A stretch of DNA of 63,044 nucleotides, the filler included, from Asterionella formosa (lineage: Eukaryota), in NCBI GenBank assembly GCA_002256025.1. It is 5 parts of 5 records of this genome, joined end to end, with 100 filler letters (N's around TTAATTAATTAA, not from the genome) between each part and the next. Parts side by side here need not be neighbours in the genome. Positions count along the whole stretch, not along the records: positions 1 to 14,907 come from NKIB01005684.1; positions 15,008 to 29,897 come from NKIB01005688.1; 3 more parts are not named here. One strand, written 5' to 3'. The translations under genes and the position numbers were made by a program. Under the pieces are notes generated by a model. That model was not told the DNA's origin. It saw nothing but the letters and a program-made list of their open reading frames with translations, and searched no databases. This document shows, one piece after another, positions 13,453 to 24,964 of the stretch (within the stretch, counting starts at the first letter, position 1; every line of letters begins with the position of its first letter).

Positions 13453-13839
13453 AGATCCTATATCCTGACGATATATAGCGTTGACCTATACCCCTACATT
13501 GATAAATGACTGTATTTAAGCATGTGGAAAGCGTGTGTATTGGTGAAAGCTCCGTTTAACGATATACATTTACGTTTTACTCGTAAGAAGTCTATGTTTG
13601 ACGACTCTGACTTAATATTATCTTTTTAACCCTACCTCGAGCCAGGGGTTCAAATGCAGGAACATACCGGTATACTAATACATGCCGGTAAATATTTGTG
13701 GGATGGAATACAATAGTATATATTTAGTATATAAAAGAATAGTGTAAATGCATACCGGTATGGCAATGAAGTCATGACATAAACTTTAGGTCCTATTGCA
13801 AATCTTGCCAGTAACGATACATGTACCGGTAATGTCATA

Positions 13840-13916
13840 ACCTGGAAGTTCCGGTAATCAGCGCACATAGCATGCAGGTTGCTCGTTTTCTGTTCATCGA
13901 CCGGACCTTCCTGATA
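13840..13916. mobile_element. Degenerate mini-MITE related to 48190-48274
   Basis: Arms GGAAGTTCCGGT...ACCGGACCTTCC. Confidence 0.45.
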
Positions 13917-14033
13917 AATAGATTCTATTGATCGAACAGAAAATGATCTTGATGCATCCAAATAATTTCCGATGAAACAGTGAATTTGCCTACCGGTAAT
14001 CAATAACTTTTGGTACATACATTCGATAAGTTT

Positions 14034-14600
14034 TTACATATGCATCATCGTTAAGGGGAAAGCAAAGTGGGGTCTTGGTGAAGACCGCAGTAGAATGTGT
14101 TTGTAGCTGGGTCTAGAAGCGTCTGCCAGCTTTGGTGTGAGGGACTCTGGGGGAGCCAACAATCCTTCTGGTGATGTTCCAGATGGAGTATGGAAGAGCG
14201 GTGGCCAGTGGTGTAAAGATGGGTAAGGACTCTGGAGCAGATTCTCCAACTCGGCGAGTTGGGACGAATTTGTGTTGGCAAGCAAAGAGTGGAGACTCAA
14301 GAGCTGCGATTTCCTGACCATGTTTTTGGGATGGATAGGCTGGCACTGTCCACTAGTAGATCAGAAAAAGTGAGGACTTGGAGATAAAGGCGACATCGGT
14401 TGAGCCGGATGATATCAGGAGAAGTAAGAAATGGTGTGGAGGCGAGAGAGGAAACAGTAGGCATTAGAAAACTATCATTAATGCGATCCAGAGGCAGAGT
14501 CCATGGATTGGAGATAGCGATGGATCCTTCAACTGCTTGGAGAAAAGACCAGGTGGTGGTGAGCCAGCTTGAAAAAATACAATCCTTGCACAAAAGTGTT
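14034..14600 (-). mobile_element. Non-LTR retrotransposon fragment (region between RT and RNase H)
   Basis: SWLTTTWSFL...NDSFLM...RLNRCRLYLQVLTFSDL, then PTQIRPNSPSW; motifs recalled from diatom LINE-like ORF2; frameshifted. Confidence 0.7.
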
Positions 14601-14701
14601 TAAACTAACACCTATAAAATAATGAATAATCGTTTATATCAATGATAGCAAATGACTACCGGGTATTTTGTTTACTAAAAGGAATATCAGAAGAATTAAA
14701 G

Positions 14702-14907
14702 CAGGATTGGAGTTGATTTAATGTGATCATTTTAGTGGTATTTCATTGTTGTATTCTGCTATGCTGGTTTTGAAAAATCCAATGGAAAAGTCGATGTGCT
14801 ATAGCTATACTCTGCCATCATTTTCTCTCGCATCTTGTCATGATCAATTCCGGTGAAAAATGACAAGCCATCAATAAATCCCTCATCATCTGAATCCAAT
14901 GTAATAC
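14702..14907. repeat. Second copy of 4103-4321
   Basis: High identity, with one ~14-bp indel; runs into the contig end. Confidence 0.9.
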
Positions 14908-15007
14908 NNNNNNNNNNNNNNNNNNNNNNNNNNNNNNNNNNNNNNNNNNNNTTAATTAATTAANNNNNNNNNNNNNNNNNNNNNNNNNNNNNNNNNNNNN
15001 NNNNNNN
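14908..15007. other. Artificial contig linker (N44-TTAATTAATTAA-N44)
   Basis: Six-frame stop linker within Ns. Confidence 0.98.
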
Positions 15008-15009
15008 TT

Positions 15010-15882
15010 ATAACCATTTGGGATGAAAGTTGTATCACACCTGTGTCGTCCTCTGTCATTGGTGTTTCTTCCCATACAGTCATCGAATCATCTACACATT
15101 CCAACCTTCAAGTCTCCCTGGATGTAAAGCAAGAAAATGTTGTCGGAAGTGCACTTTGGCGCGATGGTGACGGTGGCATCGGTTTCGTCAACTTGTGCGT
15201 CCGCGTTGATCTCGTCCTCGACGATGACATAACAACGTCAGTGAATTTTCACGAGCAGAAGATCTTCATTTCTATTGATCTCAAGCAAGGATTTTCTGTT
15301 ATCTCTGTCGATCTTGATCGCAACGCAGCAGACCAGACAAACCAGAACGCCAATGTCAACTATGAAATCCTCGCCTGCCAGTGTACCGAAAATTTTCTTT
15401 GTGTCAATGACATCCTTGTGCAGGGTTCAGATGTCTTTATCTGTGTTTACTCCAACACAGCCAATGTCCACGTGGCAGGGATCTCCGAGCTGACCTTCCG
15501 TCAGGGCGTACTGGCTGTTTCGCCCATTGTCAATTTTACTGAGGACGCCATCACCGCCGTCGCAGTGTCATCACAAGGGGCCCGAATTCGTTCGCAAATG
15601 AGGTCCGTCTTCTTCTTGAACTCCAATCCTGAGGTTGTTGTGTCCGATGGTGTTGCAGTGTTGTCGTTCGCCTCGCAAGGTAACCGCCTCCTCCGTGTTT
15701 TCCAACTTCCTCGCATGCTTCAACAGACCGAGTCGGGATCCAAGGATTTCAATGTTACCATGGTTCTCAAGAATAATAACATTATTGCATCTGCGGAATC
15801 CAGTGGTGCTGCCCGTACTTCAATTGGGATTGCTATGACTGCGCTTGCTTTCGGTACTGGCTTTATTGGTTTTTATGCCTAG
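15010..15882 (+). CDS. Putative secreted GPI- or membrane-anchored surface protein, 5'-partial
   Basis: Frame is open to the contig start. Cys-containing beta-rich body, RLL/RMLQ motifs, then a small-residue SSGAA site and a hydrophobic C-terminal tail. Confidence 0.7.
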   Translation: MTIWDESCITPVSSSVIGVSSHTVIESSTHSNLQVSLDVKQENVVGSALWRDGDGGIGFVNLCVRVDLVLDDDITTSVNFHEQKIFISIDLKQGFSVISVDLDRNAADQTNQNANVNYEILACQCTENFLCVNDILVQGSDVFICVYSNTANVHVAGISELTFRQGVLAVSPIVNFTEDAITAVAVSSQGARIRSQMRSVFFLNSNPEVVVSDGVAVLSFASQGNRLLRVFQLPRMLQQTESGSKDFNVTMVLKNNNIIASAESSGAARTSIGIAMTALAFGTGFIGFYA

Positions 15883-16378
15883 ACAGAATTTCTTTTGGGC
15901 TCGTGATGATGGCAAATGATTACAGCCTTCCGAGTCACTTGGTTGGACCTTATTTACTAGTTGGCACTTTTGACGCCAAGCATACACTAGAATGGGTGGA
16001 CTTATATAGTTACTCCACATATATACCGGTACTTGCAGACGGCAAACTATGAACAATCACTATAGTAGCCAATATTAGTTGGGCATTTTAGGCTTGTTGG
16101 GCTGCGCATCATTCAATACACGAATGGTAACTCTAAATGTGACATTGCCCACTCTTTCACTGTCGCCTATCAGTTAAAGGGTGTATGTTCCCATCAATTC
16201 ATAGACTTATTTTATGCTCTGTACATAACTCACATGCTCCTAGGCAGAAGATTTGTCAAGAGGGAGTTAGAGTAGCTCGTTTAGATTTAACGAGGAGGTG
16301 TATATTGTTGTTCATATGTACGACGATGTATTTAGTCTCGTCAAGGATTGTTTGTTCCCGCCCACAATGTACCAGGTA

Positions 16379-16471
16379 CCTAGTTGCGGTAATTGTCCTG
16401 AAACCAAATATTTAGCTCTCTTTATCCCATATAAAATTGTTTATTCAAGCAAAATGACCGCAACTTGCAGG
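16379..16471. mobile_element. Mini-MITE related to 30611-30709
   Basis: TA-CCT-AGTTGCGGTAATT ... AAAATGACCGCAACTTGCAGG-TA. Confidence 0.55.
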
Positions 16472-16749
16472 TACGCGGTACGCGGGTACCGGTTACTCCC
16501 TCACAGCCATGCACATGATGATTGTGCTTTGGTTGTGCCTGCTACACCTGGTATAACAGTACCGGGTATGGCTGGTTGCAACCTGAAGATCAATATAGTA
16601 GGATACGTTGGCCTTAGTATAGATTTTCTTTTGCATTCAATAATTAAGAGTAAAAAATTTTGACGCATACAAAAATTGATGCAAATTCTTTGATATAAAT
16701 ATATTGCCCACCTCTCATTTCCCCTCAAAAGGTATGTAACATCGATCAG

Positions 16750-17600
16750 TTGTCGTCCTTCATGTTTGTTGATTTTGCCGCGTGCTTCTTGTTTGCTTCG
16801 TTGCTCTGTTGTTTGCTATGTTAGATTGTTGATATAGGTTGCCTTGCAGAAAGTTGTGTCGAAATTGAGGGCACAGCGGTGTGTTTTGAATTTTTTGACA
16901 CGCTTCTCAACACTGATGGGTCCGCTTCATGTGTTTTTGTGTCAACTTTGGCATCCATCCTGCTGTCATCTTGTTGTTTGTCAAGATCTTTCCAAACCTT
17001 GAAGTATGCAGATGAATATTGTCTTGCTTGCCTTGAGTGAAAAGTGTCTTGTCCTTTTTGTCATCAACACTTTGTCTGTTGACATGCTCTCTTGCACCAC
17101 AGACCTGAAGTTCTAATACCCTTTTTACCCTTCAGAGAACCCAACAGTAAAAGTTCTTGGCGCAAGCCCAAGTATGCTTGATTCCCTCTCCTGCAAGTTC
17201 ATTGTGACATTTCGGCGTTTGGTCACCAAGTACTCCCATCGCCCTTCTTGTTCCCATCCACTGCAACAGTGTCTCCTCTTCCTCGAAATCAAGACAGTTT
17301 CCTATCAGCGACTTCAAAGAAAATCTTTCTAGACAAATCCAAATGCATCCTGCTTTCCAGCCATTCAATGATTAGTTCTCCAATCTCCATTCATAAATAA
17401 ATCGATGCTGCTCCCAAAGTACCTGCAACAGACCCTTTTTTTGCCTTCAATAACTTTTGCTTTAGTCAGTCTCTTCTATTTGTAAGTTGTGTTCTTGCAC
17501 CTTCAATTGTATTGATTGCTTCTTACCCTTTGATCCATGTCTGGTTTCAATTTGTTTCAATTTTGACTTGTACTCCTCAGAGTCCAAGTCAAGGGCAACA
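16750..17600 (-). mobile_element. Degenerate IS630/Tc1-like DDE transposase C-terminal fragment
   Basis: TPKCHNELAGEGIKHTWACAKNFY resembles the PKxHxELxxxE..W..AK third catalytic motif; frameshifted. Confidence 0.6.
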
Positions 17601-17659
17601 ATAGCTAACACTCTGCTCCTCCTCGTACCCCTAAACAAAAAGCCTTAACATCTCCTTCC

Positions 17660-19903
17660 TTTAACCTTTTATACATCGCTGGATAGTACGTATTCGCCTG
17701 AATAATAGGGCTATGTATGTTAAAGACAAAGAATTGAAATTTGAACTAGTAATATTTAGTCGTGAGCCAGTCACAAGATGAAAAATTCCACAGACACATA
17801 TCAGTCTGGACTGGAAGGACTCAATACTGCTTCCATGGAATGATGTAGACAACAGTCAACACAACAATAGACACCCATGGATCATAAACAACATGTCTGA
17901 GTCTTTCTTTTGCAGTCTACACATGAACTTTGGGGGTGGGAACTCCTGTCAGCATCCTCAACCTCTGTCCCGGAAAATTTCTTGCCTTTGGGTAGCCGGA
18001 AAACTCTGTGCTCAGAATTTTTTGTCTATCTCGATGACCTTCAAGACGATTCTTCTTCTTATTCTTTGTAATAAGGATTACATACCAATGCCTCTGCCAA
18101 AAGCTCACGAAAACCGAGCATGCCATCAACCTCCTCCTTGCAGAAGTGTTTATATGCCAGCATGACATTTACTTCCATGACTGACAAGATGAATGCAAAC
18201 ACTCTATTTGGCCACCATTTCGTCGCCCATACCACCTGCTCCAAACTGATTGGGGAATGCCTTTTTTCATTATGATCGTCAACAGCATGCCGAAACTTCT
18301 TGTAGTGGTTGTGGATAACCTCAGTATACTACTATGTAACCTGTTTTTGGCGCTTTTTTCCTTGTACCAACCAATTTCTCATTGAAACCTTGCCAATTGG
18401 TTCTGAGGTCCCATATGTAGACATTAGAGACATTCCGTAGTCTGGTTCCTTCATGCAATATACGTGAAAGGGGATGTTGTCTAGTTTTCCTGGCCAGGCA
18501 TCTGCAAAGCCACACTCAAGGCTTTGTGTGCCTTGATTTCTTCACCTCGGATGTATTTTGGCCAGAAGCGGCGTTTCTTTATCAGTACTGATGCATACAA
18601 TCCCTTCTTCCTTAATTCAATGAAACACATTAGTACACAAAATCCACTGTCAAGAATAATTATCCTTGCTGACCCCCAAATCGATTTTGAGAGTCAAAGC
18701 AATAGCCCAACAGTCTTCCCACCAAGATCATCAAACTCTTGATATTGTTGTGATCGGGGAGCGTCTTTTCCCTCCACTTTTTCCATTGCAAAAATGATTC
18801 CTGTATTGCCACAGCAAACTGTGTGGTATTCATTTCCGAATGGCCCAGGCTTTGGGGTAACAAGCAAGAATCCAGGACAGGTATGCATGTTTGTCCATGT
18901 AGACGTTGATTCATCTAAACATACAATGATGTGTCCTGGCTTAAAATTATTTTGCATGATTTCATTCCATGCTTCAATCATTTCCCTTACTTCATGAAAG
19001 CGGTCCGGATAATCAGGTGCTGGCCAAATTGAATAGCTATAGCCGTAAGAATTGAATTGAATTGAATCGAATCGATCACGAGACATGAGGTGATTTAGCC
19101 GAAATGAGGCATAGTCGACAATATTGGAAGGCGCGACTGACCAAAAATCATGCCGTTTCGTTTCCTGCGTTGTTGCCATTAAAATCCATCTGAGTAGCTC
19201 ACCATAGGTAACAGATTTGCCCTCAATCTTTATATTAATGATAAACAAACACTATCTTTCAAGAACTCAGAAGGAAAAATAATTCGAACAATTGGAAGAC
19301 AGTCGGTTTCACCTGAGTTGGAAATGATGAAAGTCTTGTTGGATTGCAATTTGATGCACCCGTCAGTCTCCTGTAGCGAATTCCTGAGTGTCCTCACTCA
19401 TGCTCAAACAAATTGTTTATTAATTCATTGGGATGAACAACATTTTCAGGTGCTGGGTTATTGTCATCATCAATAGAAACAAATCCAGCTGCAAGCTCAA
19501 CGTCATCAGCATCTTGAATTGTGCCAGTGCATTCGAACTTGGCAGCTCGGAAGGCATCTCTTCGTCTTCTACTGCCTCCTCAGGTACATAATCGCTTTCG
19601 CCATAGTTAAAAATCTGAATCACCCTCAAAAATTATCTTGAAGTGCTTTTCAAGAGCATACAGTTCAGTCGTATCAGCATCATCCACAGTCCCGGGAGCT
19701 GTGACCACAATGGCCAACACCTCTTTACCTCTAATTTTCTTGAGCTCCCTCCGCAGAACTGTCATTCCTTTAAGTCGATGACCTTTTACAATTTTCAGAT
19801 GATGATTTCGGACACACAGTGAGAATTGAATGTACTTTGATAGGCATGAAACGACGGCACCTTTGCCCATGGTCAATTTTCGTTTTCGCACCATCCCGCA
19901 CAA
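17660..19903 (-). mobile_element. piggyBac-like transposon (DDE_Tnp_1_7), degenerate
   Basis: MSRDRF, DRFHEVR, CLDESTS, KPGPFGNEYHTVCC, ILDSGFCV, LIKKRRFWPK, RHAVDDHN, WPNRVFAF and a Cys-rich tail across broken frames; TTAACC at ~17661. Confidence 0.8.
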
Positions 19904-20112
19904 ACATTTTTGAGATTTTTTCGGGTGGTAGGCTTCTCATGAATCTGAAAATTCTTTAAGCCTATAAGCTTATTGCCATGCATAACTCCAAAACACCTAC
20001 AGTTCTTTAGATTTAGATTAACTTTTCAGACATGAAATATCCGTTGAATTGATCTAGGGGCAAGGGATTGAAAACCCAGACTGAAATCAGCCTAGCCGGA
20101 AAGAATCCGATA

Positions 20113-22960
20113 GGTGTTACCAGTACCGGTAGTCGAGTTCTGATATATTTGATATAAGCCTAACCCTATATACATCTGTATCGATGTGCAGGATCGCTCA
20201 CTCTCCTACACAGAGAAAACCTTTTACCTATGAAAATTTTTGATACGACGAATATGAATTCATTCTGTCATATCATGCATAGTAGTGTGCTGAAAAGTAA
20301 CTGTACCATTGGCATGTACTTAAATAATTGTATAAGGACCTCGTCCACGATCATCCAAAGTAGTAGTATTATCCAAAAGTATTAAAATCTCATCAACCTC
20401 TTTGTAATCATAAGATCGACGACAGAAATTAACATAGTAACGTAAGCGCTCGTTGATCATCACTTGTCAACATTGATGTATCAATTGTAAATCTGTAATC
20501 AAAGGAATATTTAATGTCATATCACGTGCCGTTGAAAAGCCCAGCAGCCATGGGTGCTCCTGGTGAAATACGTAATTTCTATGGATAGTAGTTCGAGCTG
20601 CATATGATGCAGCTGCAAAACATGTATCCACAATATTTTGGGCTTGAAATTCATTCATTGGAGGATGAGCCTTTAACATAGTAACTCGTAGACTATTACT
20701 GATAGATTGATGTAAACGTTCACAGATAGCATTTGCTTGTGGATTCTTGACTGTATTAGTCACATCTTTAATTCCATTCAACACTAACATGTGTAAGAAA
20801 GGAACACCACTAAATTCACCTCCATTGTCATGTATACAACGTTCTGGACGGGGATAGCTGGCTAACCAATCATTTTCAAATTTCATTGCAATATATTCTG
20901 ATGTTTTGTTATTGATACATGAAATTTCTGCCAAATTGGTGACCGTATCAATAAAAGTTAGAGCACGAAATTCAATTGCTTGAGTAGCCACTGTTATCTT
21001 CCATGGACCAATTAAATCTACTGCGACTTCTGACCATTTTAATAACAATGCATTCCTGGGTGGAAGTTCACCAAAACCTTTACCAGGAAATTTTGAACGT
21101 TGACATGCTTCACATACTCTTACAATATGATCCACTCTTGTTTTTTATGTTGGGTGATAAAAATGTGTAGCAATTGTAGCATTTAATCTTGTCCTACCCA
21201 CATGAGCTAACATCTGATGATGCCAATTAATGATGGGATCCAATAATGATGTAGGAGTAGCAATACGCCAGGTATCTCCTGGAATCTTCACAAAACATAT
21301 TAAAAATATATCGTGAAAATTGATAGAGGGAAGTATTAACAGATATGTTTGTTGATTGAGAATCAATTGTATATCCAGCAATTGTCTATCATGTATTAAA
21401 TTATAATCCAGAGGATATTGAATATTGTCTGTCAAGATTGGATGATTAAGGAAACAGGTAAGTAAAGGTTCATCATCTAATTCAATTGAAAAGGTAGAAA
21501 TGGATGTTGATGCTGGAGATTTCGGCCCAATATCATCCCCCACCAAAGCCTCAAGCCTCGGGAGGCGAGAGATGGAATCTGTAATAGCATTGTCAGTCCC
21601 TGCAACCAACAACGCTTTCATTTCTTCAAAAGCTTGTTGATGTATAGGTAACCAGACAAATGGACTAGTTCCAATTAAATTCGTAAGTGGTCCAAGAACA
21701 TGAGTTCGTCTAGGAAACATGTCTCGATAGTACGTAACAGCACCAAGAAATGATCTGAATTGTTTAAGATCGGTAGGTGAAGACATATTATTCAATGCTC
21801 CGACCTTTTTAGACCAAGATTTCTGTCCATTAGGAGTTTACCAATAGCCTAACCAATCTGTCTCTTGGGCTGCCCATTTACACTTGATGGATTAATTATA
21901 AATCCATTTGCCTGTAAACGATGTATAATAGTGTCCAATAAATGAAGGTGATCCGAAAAATTCATTGAAAAACAACCCACGTCATCAATATAAACTTCTA
22001 CATCATCTATATCAATAAGAATCTGCTCCATAGTTTCTTGTGCAATATCAGATGATTGTTTCACCCCCATTGGGACACGTATATATTTATATAAACCAAA
22101 TGGAGTGGAAATAACGCACAAATTTTGACACTCCCAATCTAATGCGAAAGTATAGTATTGCATAGAAACATCCAATTTGGTGAAGAATACATATCCAGAA
22201 CGTTTAGTGAGAATAGTTTGTATTCGAGGCAAAGGAAATATATTGCGATTGATGAATTTATTGAGTTCACGAAAATCTGATACCCATCGGACACTTCCAT
22301 CCTTTTTAGAGATAATAAAAGGGGGAGACGCCCATTTAGAAGCACCACATTTTTGTAGGACTCCAATATCACACAACCGTTGTAATTCGGTTTTGAAAAC
22401 TTCTAAATGAATATGAGCGACAGGATATGCTCGTTGATGACGAGGGATGGCATTTGAAAATTCCACTATCATAGGTGGATCAAAATACAATGATACATCA
22501 CGTAAACGTTCTCCATCATCAAAGAATGTGAGAGGATGCATAGGAACAATCATATCCATACAGGACATGGTGTTTTTGACGAAATCGATGGTAAAACCAA
22601 CTTGACGAAGGAAATCACGTCCTAAAATAGCATCAAATGTGCATAGAGTGACAATTGAAATCTCAACAATTTTGTTGTAAAACAAGAGTAGATCGATTAA
22701 TTTCAGGTAGAATCAGGTCCTATAAAATAACACTGGCATGAGATGAATAAGTACCAGCTCTGGTATTTATTAATTGGGAAGTCTCGTTAGACAAAGAAAT
22801 ACTTTGAGGCATAACCCGTTCATGTATTAAGGATAAGGTTCCTCCACTATCAAATAATACTCGAAATATTTTATGCATAGGCATAGCATCCACCAATCTT
22901 GGCGCTAAAAGAGACATCGGAATCAGATCAATTGACGTTAATTAATCCTTAGAAGTAAAA
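20113..22960 (-). mobile_element. Ty3/Gypsy LTR retrotransposon pol (PR-RT-IN) with a 3' LTR piece, degenerate
   Basis: Protease VLFDSGG (22720-22917). RT WASPPFII, DFRELN, LDVSMQYY, VYIDDV (21849-22685). Integrase HQMLAH/CEAC, VAVDLIGPW, HDNGGEF, PQANAICER. Purine tract then TGAGCGATCC...AACA (20113-20200), homologous to 45950-46039. Confidence 0.92.
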
Positions 22961-23223
22961 CAGGAAACCGGAATTGGGCCCGGGATATGTATGTGGAACG
23001 TCATGTCCATCGATGGATTTATATATGTCCCGCGTTACAGCAACAGTGGTCCATAGTGTATTCAACCTGTAAGTAAAAAATATTATTCAGGTAATGACTG
23101 GGTATACAGTAGGTGTTAGTCGAGCTCTGATAGTCAGTCCCTTGTTTACGGTATATAAAAGCCACATTGGGTATAGCAAGCCCTCATGACCTGTTATCTC
23201 CAATTACCGGGACATGATGCATA

Positions 23224-23390
23224 TGTTGAGGGGAACCTTGTCGTGAATAAAGGTGAACTACAATATTATGACTATTCTATTGCTGTTTCGAGTACATCGT
23301 TGTTAGCACTCACGCATGTACCTAATCTGGTGGCTGCGCCAGTATGGTTCATACGGCGCATGTATGGAGCATCATATGCAGATATTAACA
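23224..23390 (-). repeat. 3' LTR (167 bp)
   Basis: Direct repeat of 29315-29487; purine-rich GGTGAGGGTG precedes it on the minus strand. Confidence 0.93.
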
Positions 23391-24964
23391 CACCCTCACC
23401 AGCAGATTCAGGCAGAAGAACAGGAACCGGGGTGGAGATGATAGCAGCATCGGAAGCCAAGCACGCATAATAGTTAGGAGGACTAGGGAGGGATGGAGGG
23501 CAATGGAGATAGTGCGGGCGCATCAACTTGTGATGGGAAGTGGGATGATGTTCAGTGAAATAATCGGCACAATTCAAACTACCTTTTTTCCAGTATACAA
23601 GAAATTGGCCTTGGTGAACCCGATAGCGTACCCAGTAATAACGCATATCCCTGTGGGTGCAATAATGGACGCAAAACACATATGGGTAGGGGTTGCAAGC
23701 CCCTCAGGGTGGAAATCAGCATCACCCAGCACGGTGGTAGGACTGGATGACAGTTCAGGCTCAATGATAATTGGGGGCACACGTGTGGACCGTAAGTTTT
23801 GACGTGTTTGATCGAGGTGCCCTTTGATGGTTGCGATGTAATGAGGGGGATGTTTGCGTAGTGTAGTTAAAGTTAGACCTGGAAAATTGACAAGATACCC
23901 ATGGAGTATTTAGCTCGTTCCAAAGTAGAGATACTAACAGGAGAAAAGAGGGCCGCATGGGCAAAGGCAACAAGGGCTGGTGCTTTGGGACTGCCAATGG
24001 CGGTAGCAGCGTAGTGTTTAGGGGTAGGCAATGGTGGATCAATAGTGGATCAATAGTGGTGGTGACATGCCATAATCGAGTGGTGGTGGAGCGATGGCCC
24101 TGAAGGATGCAATGACCATCGGATAAGACAGACATGTGTAGTTTGGTGAATATTACCTTGTAGCCGGAGTCACATAGTTGTCCAATGCTCAATAAAGAGC
24201 AATTGTGCAGACCAGGGACAATGTGTACATGACGAGCAGCGGGTAATAGCATGGGTAAAGATAATTCGGCCTCATGTGTAGATTTAACATGGTTGCCGTT
24301 AGGAAGTTGAATGGTGATAGGGTTGGTGGTAGGTCATTTGTTGATGACAGGTAAATCAACAGTGGCGTAGTTGCTAGAACTACCAGAATCAGCAATGAGT
24401 GTGATGGGGGGACAAATGATGGGAGATAAGTTTGTGTTAATAGTATTATCGACAGCAACTTGCTCCCCTCCACATGAAGCAAGTGGTGTAGCTAGGTGGC
24501 GGTGTATCATGGGGTGGCCGGGTGGGACGGGTACCATCACTGAAAATTCGGACGCTGCCACACATACGTCGATCAAGGGTGGCAGTGATTTGATGGCCGG
24601 AAGATGGATGATTGAAAGTTGCACTGGTATGATCAGGGTTTTTGGTGAGACCATGAGTCCAACAATACTAGCCTAATTGGACATTGTTGTAAGTGTATCC
24701 AGAAGGGACAGCACAAGTAGCGCGCTGCAGCAAGAATCCCTGGCAGTGGGGGAGGGCCACTGGTTTGAATGGCAGCATGGTCACCATGATAACCTGCGGT
24801 GGTGGCGGTGGCAAGGCGCAATCGTTCATTATCAGCATGCATGAAATGCGGGCAAAAATTAACCCATGTACGGTCCATCTCAGCGCAATCACGCCAAGTT
24901 TGAATGCTATGAGAATATACACCAGCCTGTTCTAAAGCAGAAAGAGTCAACCGCATGACAGTAC

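Noticed and set aside
14952..14963. TTAATTAATTAA as a piggyBac target or biological motif
   Set aside because: Identical at all four gaps; synthetic six-frame stop linker
23186..23470. Duplicated ORF (VEGNLVVNKGELQYYDYS, also 29112-29507)
   Set aside because: Antisense translation of the two LTRs
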